Assembly (NCBI GenBank): GCA_013239625.1
Contig: MU053557.1
Span: 2,386,123 to 2,450,122, forward strand
DNA from: Lama guanicoe
Taxonomy: Eukaryota
Length of the DNA: 64,000 nucleotides
Reading direction: 5' to 3'
Shown: positions 27,240 to 38,994 of the stretch, piece after piece
Layout of the letters: every line of letters starts with the position of its first letter
Numbering within the stretch: position 1 is the stretch's first letter
Position numbers and translations under genes: made by a program
The notes under the pieces: model-generated
Databases searched by the model: none
Told to the model about the DNA's origin: nothing
Seen by the model: the letters and a program-made list of their open reading frames with translations, nothing else

Positions 27240-28611
27240 GTACAAAGCTAAAAGCCTATTTTTCCTGGCTTAGTTTTTCTTTATTTCTTTTATTGAGATA
27301 GATAGTGATAGTTTGTATTGTGACACTTTCATTTAGTGTAATTCTTTATATAAAGGTTATTTGTTTTCATTAGTTATATTTCTTGGATGCCTTTTAACTA
27401 TTTAAATAGTTCTTAAATAAATTATTATAAGAGGGTATATTGTTTGGCAAATTGCTTTTACCTGTTTGTTTTGTGCATATCTTAGGTCACAGAGTATCTC
27501 GCTAAGTTCCTGCAGGTCACGGACTATGTCTTCTCTGTTTGATTCATTCCCTAAATTGCTAATTACCTCTCACTATATTTGTGGGTTAGCCTTAGTTCCA
27601 TTTAAATCTTCTGGGCTACCTTCATTTCCCTTTATAGCATGCTTTTGAATTTCCTGATGTTCTGTTTTCCTGATTTCCTTAAGTTTATGTAGGAAATACA
27701 AATCAATTTGATTTTTATATTTAGCAGATCGTATTTAAGAAGGAAGATCTGCTTAAACACACCTGAATATTACTGAATTACTTTTTTGATTATTCACACA
27801 ACTGGGCCTTCTTCATAGTGCAGACACTGAGAGGTGACTCAGTTTCGTGTTTACTGTCTCACTTGAGTACGACACAGAAGCAGGGTTGCCCTTAGCCCTG
27901 AGGTGCATGTTGGAGGAACAAGAAGTAGTTTAGTCACTGATGAACAGTTTTAGTTCCACCTAACTACTCCGGGGCCTATGTTGCTCTCTGGGACCTGTCC
28001 TTCAACTTAAATCTCAACTTACCACCCAGAAAGTGAGTAAAAACATGTCAGGTAGGTAAGGTATATATCTCACATATCCACTTGGCCAAGTTTGCAGAGA
28101 TTTTAATTTTATTTTCAAAATAAGTATTTGAGGTTACTAAGACTTATACCAATCTTTATTAAACAATTTATGCATTTATAATGTAGAATATTTTGGAAAA
28201 TACTGTTTTTCCTGTATTATTTCAGGAACTAAAATTTATTTTGTGCTGTTTGAGTCTAACACATAGAGTTTTACTGCAATATTAGATAAGTTTTTTTTGT
28301 TTGTTTTTTAAGTAAGGTGGTTTATTTTGTATATCAACTAGTGTCAGGGACAGACAGCACATTAAAGCTATTCTTTTTTCCTAACATTGTAGCCACTGTA
28401 ACATCATTAGAAGCTCATTGTAACTTTATTATTACTATTATTTTAGTGAAAGTTGCTTATCCCTTAGAGTTTATTTGAAACCCTCATTATAATTTTTGCC
28501 AAAAATACGCTGCTCACTAGTGATTCTTGAATATTCTGATGATGTTAAGATATTAGTAAAATTATTTATTAATATTTTGTCAGTTGATGCCTTATATTTT
28601 ATTTTTTATAG

Positions 28612-28747
28612 GAGAGACGATAATAAAGACATTGATTCAGAGAAAGAAGCTGCCATGGAAGCTGAAATTAAAGCTGCCCGAGAAAGGGCCATTGTCCCTC
28701 TGGAGGCCCGAATGAAGCAGTTCAAGGACATGCTGCTAGAGAGAGGG
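28612..28747 (+). CDS. TCERG1: TCERG1 exon 14 (start of FF1)
   Basis: tttatag|G AGA GAC...AGA GGG|gtcaga; 136 nt; RDDNKDIDSEKEAAMEAEIKAARERAIVPLEARMKQFKDMLLERG. Confidence 0.95.
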
Positions 28748-29565
28748 GTCAGAAAACAATCTTTGGGGGAGATATTTCTGTTTTGTATAAGTAATATAAA
28801 TATGTCTTGCTAAAAGGTCAAATCTAAGGTTAGTGCTCATGTTGTGGGGGGGGATAAGGGAAGCCTATCAAATTATTGTACTCTTTTCAAACAGCCTTTT
28901 TCTTGGCTAATCATACCATGTTTAACAAAATGCCATTTTACTGTCCTTTTAAGTACAAATAACATTTAACATTTATTGGGTCATTAAATTTTGGTGAGTA
29001 ATATAAGACGAGTATTAACATTACAGAACGGCGGACTACTCGAGATAGGTAAGGTATATGCAATTCTTTTAATATCTTCAGAATGGCTTTTGGTTAAAGG
29101 AGAACTGGTGCTTTATGATACTACTATTAATGAAGCTTAATTGAGAAGGGCTTTCAACCTTTTGGTTATATTCACATATTCATTTGAGTAGGTAAAACTG
29201 TTCAATTTTAAATTACAGCCTTGTTCACAAGATTGGAGCAAGCATGGGAAATCAAAATGCAAATCTTCAAGGCTTTTTCTGATGTACTGATTTTTAAAAT
29301 GTCACACAGTAGTGGTTATTTTAATGAGTAATTAAGTGTGTGTTATTTCTATATAATATAGAAATGTTCAGAGCCAATTAGTGTGGGACTTTACTGTTGC
29401 TAGCCTCCCACTGCTTGTCATTTATTAGTGATGGAAACTTCAGTATGGTTTTTTATTATGTCTCCTTTTTAAGGAGCTGTCCTGTAGATTTCAAGCAAAA
29501 ATTATATGACCTTTCTGTTTTTAAAGCCAACTTAATTATGAGGCAATACATTTTTTATTTTAAAG

Positions 29566-29655
29566 GTGTCTGCTTTTTCAACATGGGAGAAGGAGTTGCA
29601 CAAGATAGTTTTTGATCCCCGGTACTTACTGCTCAATCCTAAAGAGAGAAAACAG
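29566..29655 (+). CDS. TCERG1: TCERG1 exon 15 (FF1)
   Basis: tttaaag|GTG TCT...CAG|gtaata; 90 nt; [30 protein letters not shown]. Confidence 0.96.
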
Positions 29656-30599
29656 GTAATAGGAAAATAACAATATTTAAGAAATGTATATCCCTTCCCA
29701 ACATAAGTTTTAAATTACATGAGATAAAGTACCGTCCTTTTTCTCCTAACACAGTACTTTAAGAACAGTTTCATGCCTTAGAACATAGTCATTCTTGATG
29801 TGGACATTTCTGCCTCAGAAATACTTGGATGTTTTTGCCATTATGGACATGGCTTTTGCCTCATGGACATTTTGTCCTTGTGCCTCATACATACTGAGGT
29901 TGTGTCCAGGTTTCAAAATTCATTTCACATGCGTTTACTGATTTATTTTTTATTGAGCAAATAATGCAAACAGAATTGAAAAATAGCAAAATAACAGGTG
30001 AGTAAAAAGTAGAAAAATCTACCTATAATCCTACCCAACTGAGAGGCCCATTGTTGAATGCTTTAGCTTTCCTGGCTGTTATGTGCCAGTATAGATGTAC
30101 ATAAATAGACAGCTCTCAGAGTGTTTATATCTCACACCACACACACCAAGGCCACATCTTCTAAGTGCCATCTGTTAAAATGTCTTTTCACTGTAAGCTT
30201 AGAGAAATGATGGATGCTTCAGGGTCTCTGCTGAACTGAAGTTACTAGAACTAGAGTTGCCTTGTTACTGAGTTGCCATTTATTCCCATGGTGATTCCGT
30301 GACACACATCATCTCATAGTGATTGCTGCTCCTAAAGCATGCACACTTCCAACTTAGATAATTTCTGAATTGCTTGGACCACCCTGACACTGCTCTCTGA
30401 AAAATGGTGAGTACGTTGAACCACTTGCTCTAGTGCTGTTGAGCTACACGGCCTCATGGGTTGCAATAGTGTCCATCTTCCATATTTATAATTTAATAAT
30501 TGGAATAATTTTTTTCCAACTATTTGTGATGGTCTCATTCTTACCTCAGTTGATGGCCCTATCAAAACCTATAAATTAGCCTCTATTCGTTTCTTTTCA

Positions 30600-31220
30600 C
30601 CATTGCGCATTTCCAGTCTGTCAGCAAACTCTACCTCTAAAACTGTTCTAAAACCAACCTCTTATTCACCATTTCCCCCCAACACCCTAATTTAACGTCC
30701 CATAATCAACCCATCATCTTTGTGGCCCCTAATTGTTCTTGCCTTCCTTCTTCCATTCTTGCTCCTCTGTAGTCAAGTTCTTTTTCCACATAGCAGCCAG
30801 ACTAATTTTAAAGTTTAAGTGACAAACTAAGGCAGTGTTCCGTTGCCTTAAAAATGTGCATTGCTTTCCATTTCTTTCAGGATAAAAGTGAAACTCTTTC
30901 ATGGCCTGTAAGATTCTCCACTCATGGCTGCCTACTTGTTGAGCTCTCTTCTTACATTGTCCTAGTAACACTGGCCTTGATACATCTTGGCTAGTACAGG
31001 CACATTCTGGTACTTACTAGTCCCTCTGCCTGGAGCACTCTTCCCCCAGGTGTTTGCATAGCTGACTGCATCACTGCATTCAGATACTTATCTCAGTGCC
31101 TTCTGATTAACCTATCTCTTTGCCTTCTTTACCTTTTTTGTAGCATTCAGAACTCCAATTATCTAAAATTATCTTGTCTGTCTTTTCCTGCCTTTGTATG
31201 GTGCCTGGAACATTGCTTTA
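30600..31220 (+). mobile_element. L2 fragment
   Basis: ccacatagcagccaga..., ccctctgcctggagcactcttcccc, gtgcctggaacat; boundaries approximate. Confidence 0.65.
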
Positions 31221-32441
31221 GTCTGAATATCCCTGAAGACTTACTTTAAAACTTTTATGACTTACTCTCCATGGCACTTGAGTGTAGAGTTTCTAAGTGA
31301 AATTCCATGTACATACTGAGAACTAAAATTTTCTTTTAATTTTGGAGGCATTTCTTAAGCTGCTGATGTTATTAGCTTCTGAATAGAGTTATACTTAAAA
31401 AGAGAAAAAGTATCAAGCAGTGCTCTGTTTTAAATAAAATCTAAACGGTTCTCATGCCTTTTGAGTAGAAGTCTTAAAGCTGGAGTGTGAGGAATGAGTG
31501 AACATAAAACCAAGTGTATTGGGAAGCATGGCACAGATAATTAGGAGAAACTTGGCAGCATAATAGAATTCCTTATTTTCTGTGAGATGTTCATCTCTTA
31601 GAATGATCCTAACCTCGGTGTGGGATATCCCAGAGGAGGAGATAGGACATTTTCTCCAGCTTCTGAAAAGAAAGTTAATATTAATTCACTTGGATTTTAT
31701 TTATAATTTAATACTTTTACAAGTAAAGTGTATACTGAGAAAGGAGAGAGGGGTTGGAAACAAATCTCTTCCCCACTTCCATCAGCAAGTACTTTCATGA
31801 TATACTCCAATGCCACATTTAAAGGGTATTGAAAAATGACCTACATGCCTAGCAGGGGACTAGTGAGATAATTATATATATGTTTATACAGCTTTTAAAG
31901 ATTGGCATGTATATATAGACTGACCTGGAAAGAGGTCTAAGTATTTTTTTTTATACTTCTTTTATCTGACTTTTTTCAGAGGTGTGAATACATATATTTA
32001 AAGAGCCACAGAATTCTATTAGATGTGTTAGGAAAAAATATTAGAGTGTTTTATCTTCCTGAAGATGTTTCTTTCAGAGCCTCCCAGCTTTCTTTAGTCT
32101 GGACTGGTTGCCCTCCAAACCTGATGTACATCTGACATTTTTGAGGGTGACATCTTTCTACCGTCATCCTAGGGATTTTCATTGCTTTTTTTTGCGGTGG
32201 GGGAGTTCACCTGTCTCCTACATTATATGTCTTTTCTTTCTTGGTTTACTGCCTTTTGATGCATTCCATCTCTTTGGTAGCATCCTGAGAGAATGTGCAT
32301 GAGAAATTTTTGAGGCCTTAGATATCTGAAAACACCTTACTGTACCCTTATTTGGAATTGTTTGACTAGCTAAGGAATTTGAAGTTGGAAATCTTGTTCC
32401 TTCAGGATTTTGAAGGTACTGTTCTACTTCTAGTTTTCAAG

Positions 32442-32590
32442 TTTTTTTTTTTAATTTTATTATTTTGTGGGGGAGGAAGTAATTAGGTTCATTTATTTAT
32501 TTTATTATTATGATTATTATCTTTTAATGGAGGTACTGGGGATTGAACCTAGGACCTTGTGCATTATCACTAAGCTATACCCTCCCCCCT
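32442..32590 (-). mobile_element. tRNA-derived SINE (vic-1-like), internally deleted
   Basis: tggaggtactggggattgaacctaggacct...ctaagctatacccctccc preceded by a T-rich tail. Confidence 0.8.
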
Positions 32591-33293
32591 CATGTAGTTT
32601 TTGAAACCATACCTGTTCCTTTGTATGTGGACGTGTTTCTTTTTTCTCCTCTGTAACATGTAGGATCTTCCCTTAGTCTTTAGGGTTCTAAAATTTTACA
32701 GTGATTGTACCCTGGTGGAAGGGCCCATCATGCTGGGCAGTTGGTGGCCCTTTCACTGTGAAAACGCCTATCTTTCAATTCAGGTAGAGTGTTGTTTTTT
32801 TGATTGCTTCCAACTTCTTTATTTTTTCATTCTGAGACAGAGAATTTGCACTCTGGGCTGGTCCTCAGTTTCTTATCTTTTTTTCTCTTGCTTTCTACCT
32901 CTGTTTTTTTTTTGTTGTTGTTGTTGTTTTTTTAACTTTCTGCATAATATTCTCAACTTTATTGTGTAACCCTTCCATTAGATTTTTTATTTCTTTTGTC
33001 ATGTTTTAGGAGTTCCTTCTTCGTCCTTGAAATTTTTCTTGTTTTATGGTCGCAGTATCTTTTAGTTAGTTTATGAAATTGTTTAGGATTTTTTTCTGCT
33101 TTTAACTTTTCATTTTCTTGCCTAGTTTTTAGTTTTGCTGTCTTGGTCTCTGTTTTTCACATTGGGGAGTGTCCGTAGTTTTCTTTGTAGACCCTGAGTG
33201 CTCATAATTAAGAATGAGACACTAAAACGCTGTTTGAGTACTCTTAACATCTGGCTGGGCTCTCATGATTGTTGGCTTTACTGTAGTACAGTA

Positions 33294-33442
33294 CAGTAGT
33301 TCTCGACCAGGACTTTTTTTTGCCCTACAGGACATTTTTGTTTCTCACAATTGAGAGAGTGCTGCTGGTATCTCGTGGACAGGGATGCTGCTAAACATGA
33401 TCTGGTCCAAAATGTCAAAAGCGCTGAGGTTGAAAACCCCTG
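33294..33442. mobile_element. MER20-like hAT element, internally deleted
   Basis: cagtagttctc...gggatgctgctaaacat...gctgaggttgaaaacccctg; similar to 15665-15893. Confidence 0.75.
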
Positions 33443-33682
33443 TTGTAGGGTGACTTAGGCTGGTTTGTTGAGATCCTGTAGGGTAAGGTAAGTAATTTTA
33501 GGCTGGTCAGATTCTGGATAAGAACTTCTAGTCTCGCAGGGAAAAGACTTAGTTCTGAGAGAGAATTGTGTCTTGATATTTGGTGTGTAGCTGTTTGCTT
33601 AACTCCTTGTTTTCTCAGCTTGGTACACCGGATTCCTCATTTTTGTTCCCCTACTCCAAAGACACCATTTTACCTTTTAGAG

Positions 33683-33994
33683 CAGGGGTCAGCAAATTTT
33701 TTTACATAAGAGGTCAGGTAATAAATACTTCATGTTTTGTGGGCCATGTGACCATGATTGTGTAATTCTGCTGTTGTAGTGCAATAACACCCATAGACTT
33801 ACATAAAGGTATGAGCATCACTGTTCAAGTAAAGCTTTATAGACACTGACATCTGGATTTCATTTAGTTTTCATGTGTCCTCAATTTTCTACTTTTTTTC
33901 CGAACTGTTTAAAAATATCAGAACTATTCCTGGGCTGTACACTAACAGGCAGCAAGCCAGATTTGGCCAACAGATCATGATTTGCCCACCTTTG
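33683..33994. mobile_element. MER58-like hAT-Charlie element
   Basis: CAGGGGTCAGCAAAT...ATTTGCCCACCTTTG imperfect terminal inverted repeats; MER58-like interior. Confidence 0.75.
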
Positions 33995-34828
33995 CTCTGA
34001 AGAATAACCACTCACCTCTTAACTGAAGTTCAGGAGTGGCAGTGCCCCAGATGCATAAAGTTGGTGAGGGGGACCTAGTAATTAAATTGCTTCTAGAAAG
34101 CTTTATTGTAGTTGTACCCTTTCCTCACTTCATGGGTACCTGGTGCTGTCAGTTGTGGAGCTGTTAGAGGATTCTGTAATTTTAAAAATTGGGTTTTTTC
34201 TTTATTTTTATTGACTGCTGGTTTGGGGTTGGCTTTCTCATGTCTGCCAAATCTTTTATCACTTGTCCATGTGCTTTTCAACTTCCAGAGTTGCTGTTTC
34301 TCTTTTTCCCATTTCCTTGTTCTTATAAAAGAAAATCCTTTTGGCATTTGAAGAAAGCAGAAAATAGATGTGCATGTTCAGTTTGTCATCTTGACTATAC
34401 ATTACTAAGTGGGGGAAAATATTCTAGAATGTGAAATATAGGTTCCTATTGTTAATATTTTTTTTCTGGAAGGGATTTGGAAAGACTCATTTCTCCTATA
34501 TGTTTTATATTACTCGAAAATGTAAAAATAAACCAGTTCAATTTGTAATCAGAGAAAATGAAAATTAAAGGGGCTTTTGACTTTTTTCTAATTTGGGAAC
34601 CTAAACAGAGGGCTCATGTGCTTGTGTTAGTCTGTCAGCTGAAGCTTTAAAAAGTGAGACTTGTTAGAGATGACCTGCATATAGTTGAGTTATCTGTAAT
34701 TAATACACCTTTCCAATTATTGTTCAGACAAAGATGTTACTTAATATTTTTTTTGCAGATTCCACAGTTTGATGTTTAGATTACCTATATGAAAGACTTA
34801 ACTTGTCAAATTGTTTTTTTTGTGATAG

Positions 34829-34947
34829 GTATTTGATCAGTATGTAAAGACCAGGGCAGAGGAAGAACGCAGGGAAAAGAAAAACAAAATAATGCAAGCC
34901 AAGGAAGATTTCAAAAAAATGATGGAAGAAGCAAAATTTAATCCAAG
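34829..34947 (+). CDS. TCERG1: TCERG1 exon 16 (FF1/FF2)
   Basis: gtgatag|GTA TTT...CCA AG|gtatat; 119 nt; VFDQYVKTRAEEERREKKNKIMQAKEDFKKMMEEAKFNPR. Confidence 0.96.
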
Positions 34948-36360
34948 GTATATGGCTCATTACTGTCAAATATCAAAATATGAATGTATTTTCTTCTAGA
35001 TCAGTTAATCTATCTTTTGGATTTTGGGACATAAAAAATGTCTAACTTTATTATTGGTTTCTCCCTTTCTAAGAATCTTTAGTCTTAATTTATTTCCTTT
35101 AGAGGAATCCCTGGTACTCTATGAGGCATTGGTTTTCAAGAAGGGTACCTTTACTTTGAAAACTTCTTTGAGAATAAGTTCCTTTTCTAGAAACTGGTAA
35201 ATGATTTAAAAAAAAATCCCTTTCTTTAAGTTTTATGCATGATAAATTGCAGAGCAGGAACATTTTGATTGAATTGAAGTGGTGAAGGACTTTCATTTCA
35301 AAAATGTCTAAGTGTCTAATTATTGTTTTGTCTGACAATTTCAGTTGATTATTAATATATAGCAAATATATGTAATGGACCGAAGAAAATGAGACATTTT
35401 AAACTTATGTGCCTAGCATTATAACAATGAGAGCATCAGTTATTGTATATTTTGGCTACACTTAGAGATAAATGTATGAACTTACATATATATATATGTA
35501 TACATGCATGCAATTAAAGTGCATGTATGTGTGTGTGTGTTTTGTCTCATTCAGTCTTCAAAACAATATGACTTGGTACTCATATCCTAGCTATTTTACA
35601 GATAAGGAAAGTAAAATATAAGCAACTGCTTGAGTGAATGTGAAATTTTAACTACAGTCCAGTGTTACACAGAATAGTCTGGACAGAGAGAATTACCTTC
35701 CTATTTATAGCTTAGTTTTGGCAGTAAAGGTATTAAGTTGTTTTAAATATCTCAGACCATGGAGAATTTCTGAAACTGTAGGGTAGAATCATGGAGTCTC
35801 TGGGTTAAATGGCACTTTTTATAAAAAAAAATTTATCTTGTTTAAACATTTATTTTTGTCAGTGAAGATGGGAAAGAGTATTGTTTGAGGAAGTGTATTT
35901 GTTATTACAATTTTATATTTGGAATATGAAGAGAAACCTACTGTGGCATTAATACAGATTTCAGAAAATAAAGCTCAGAGTATTTGTGACTGAAAAATGT
36001 AGTATTCTTCATATGGTAATAGAGGTTCAGACTCTCTGGGGGGTCTTAGTCTTTTTCTTGATCAAAAGGGTGAGGTTATGAGTCAGCACAGTTGTAACTG
36101 GCTTATAAAAGACTTAGAAGGCAGTTGAGGAAATTTGAACGTAAATTGGTATTACATGATATTAGAGAATTAGTTATTTTCTTGGATTTTATGGTTATAG
36201 AGGAAAAAGGATTTACTCTCAGGAGATGCATGTTGAAAGATTTGTAGATGAAGTCTCATCATATATCTATTTATTAAAGCCTTTATGTGTCTGAGAATAA
36301 TTGATTCCAACGAGATTTCTCTTTTGTGGATTTGACACATTAAAAATTAAATCTTATTGT

Positions 36361-36410
36361 GCTGTACACCAAAAATTGACACATTGTAATTGACTCTACT
36401 TCAATTTAAA
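36361..36410 (+). mobile_element. Extremely truncated L1 3' end (50 bp)
   Basis: gctgtacacc...attgacacattgtaa.tgact.tacttcaat is the reverse complement of the tail at 62873-62918; degenerate 19-bp TSD. Confidence 0.7.
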
Positions 36411-38843
36411 AAAAATTACATCTTGCTGTTTCACAGTACACTACAGATGTTCTTTTGGGGAAGATAGAATTCTTGGAGTGATCTGCACTATTCAGGTCAC
36501 TTTAGAAAATAAACCGTCAGGCACGTAACTGGAGCCTTAACGCTTGGGGCATTGTGCCATATTGCTAAATTGAATCACATTTAACACTAGCGTAGAGGTT
36601 AGGACCAATTTTAGTAAGTACCAGAAAACAAAGAGGAAGAACTTGAAGTTGAAAAAATATTGTCTACTGAGATATTTCAGTGGAGTTTATAAAGCACTGG
36701 AGTTTATTCCAAGGAAAAGAATGACCCAGGAGAATTACTTAACTTTAGTGCCTGTTTCTTCTTTTTTCTTTTTTAATGGATATTTTAGGTATACCTCTTA
36801 TGTTCAACACCTAGACACTATGCTCTTCCCCATCCCCTACCATCAACTGTTATCCACCTCCCAATCTTCCCCTTTTATGATTCTTATACCGTGCCTGTTA
36901 CAATGTTTTTAAATGGTGAGTCACATGAAAACATCTTTATGGGAATCTAATGCTAAAACTTTATTTTAGTCTGTTCTGGTTAAGAAAAATTATTTTATAT
37001 CTTTTAAGTAATATAAATATGTAAAATAATTGAATTCTCACTTTATACATTGATATTACATTTTTTTAAAAGTTTATTCTTTAATCACTGTAATAATTGC
37101 TTTTTCTGTCTTAAAATTATAAAACACTTAATTTATCATGAAAAGAAAATGGGTTTAATGGACAACATTTAATCCCTTTTCTGGGGTATGCATTTTTAAT
37201 TTACCTTGAAATTTTATTATGGTTACATAATCATTGTTCAAACCAGGTTTGCAGTATATCCTATTGCTAATAATGTTGAATTAATGAAGCTAGGTATTGT
37301 GAGTAATATCAGTTGCATATAAAAGATTATTAGAATCTGGCTTTGGTTAGCAATTCTTAAAATAAGCAAATGTTAGCAGTGAGTGGGACTCCTGATCTTC
37401 AGTTCAGCCAGTTTTTTTGTTATAATTAAAGTTGTAATTTAATCTTGTTTAACACCTAAGAGAAGGTGTTTTATTTTTGTATTGAAATAACTCTTTTTAA
37501 AGAGGAAAATAAGCTTTATTTTTCACCTCTAACAACATTAAATATGAGAGTGTTTATTATAAGAGTTGAATTCTTATTATATGCAAGATGAAAGCTTCAA
37601 ATTTTGAAATACATCTAAATATATGAAAGCTTTATAAATAATCTTTTGTTCATGAGGAAACTTCTTTTTTTATAGTCTCTTTAGCCCTCATAGACATTAA
37701 TTCTTCATATTTCTGCTGAAACTCCTTATTTGTTCAACTGTTAAGACCATGTTTTAAATTCTTTGATCCTATTTTTATTTAATTCTTCTAATACAGTTTA
37801 AAAGAACTTGTGTACCTTAAACAGCATCTGCCATCTTTGGTCAGTTCTATTTTAATTTTTTTCTAGGGGTCACATTTTTTTTTTTGTTTAGTGATTTTTA
37901 ATTGAATATTGTAAATTGTAGATGACAGGTAGAGACACTGAAATCTGTTATTTTCCTATGAAGAGTAGATTCTTGTTTTAGCAGGCAGTTCAATTATAGG
38001 CTGATCACTTTAATTTTAGGTTTGATTTTATGCGTTGTTAGTGTGGATCTCAGAAAGTGGAAGTTTTTTGTCAACCTTCCAACTTTGTCTCCCTTATGGG
38101 TCTTTTGTGGGCCTTACAGTCCTAATAATGTTCTTTTTCCATCACTACTCAGTGTTTAGTTTCTCTTTTTTGGTCTTAACCATGTAGCAGTTTGGTACAG
38201 GGAATGGCCTTTCTCTGCTGTTTTATGGCTTGGCTTTGGCTGTCTCCTTACTCATGGGGAATTCTTATATGGTATTCTTCTTAGGGTCCCTCTATAGCTT
38301 CTCCCTCTGCCATTTTAGTACCCATGCTCTGATCTTTGATGCTTCTAGCTCATCAGGACCACTGTACTCTGCTTGGACTCTGGCTCTTTGCATTTTGGGA
38401 AATTATCCTGAGGCATAGGGACATGGGGTTTATTTTCTCCATGTTACTCTACCTGTTGTCCACTGTATATTTTGTTCTGTTTTATAATAGCTTACAGAGA
38501 GAGAGCTAATTCAGTAAGTTATTCCACCACAGCTGGAAGCAAAACTCAGCCTCATCTTAGGGTGGAAACAGATGAGCTCTTAAGTCTCTTGAAGCACACA
38601 AATTCTTTGCTCTCTGATGTTTATCCCCCTAACACCATGCTGTTAGTGTACAAATCTCTAAGCCCATTTTCACTCTTTAGCCTTTTTTACTCCTTTCAGT
38701 AGTTCGTTCACTATTTAGGCAGATGTTGGGACTCATTGTCTCATTGGCATATATTCTTACTGGGAAAGGGGTATCTTCTGCTATACATTTCTACAAGTAG
38801 AAATAGCTCTACCAAAGTTAGCACACTTGCCATTTTGTTACAG

Positions 38844-38994
38844 AGCTACTTTTAGTGAATTTGCAGCCAAGCATGCTAAAGATTCAAGATTCAAAGCAAT
38901 TGAAAAGATGAAAGATCGAGAAGCCTTGTTTAATGAATTTGTGGCAGCTGCGAGGAAGAAAGAGAAAGAAGATTCGAAGACCAGAGGTGAGAAG
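38844..38994 (+). CDS. TCERG1: TCERG1 exon 17 (FF2)
   Basis: gttacag|A GCT ACT...AAG|gtaaga; 151 nt; ATFSEFAAKHAKDSRFKAIEKMKDREALFNEFVAAARKKEKEDSKTRGEK. Confidence 0.96.

Noticed and set aside
33480..33496. Tandem donor motifs GGTAAGGTAAGT
   Set aside because: Sits among transposon remnants with no convincing upstream acceptor
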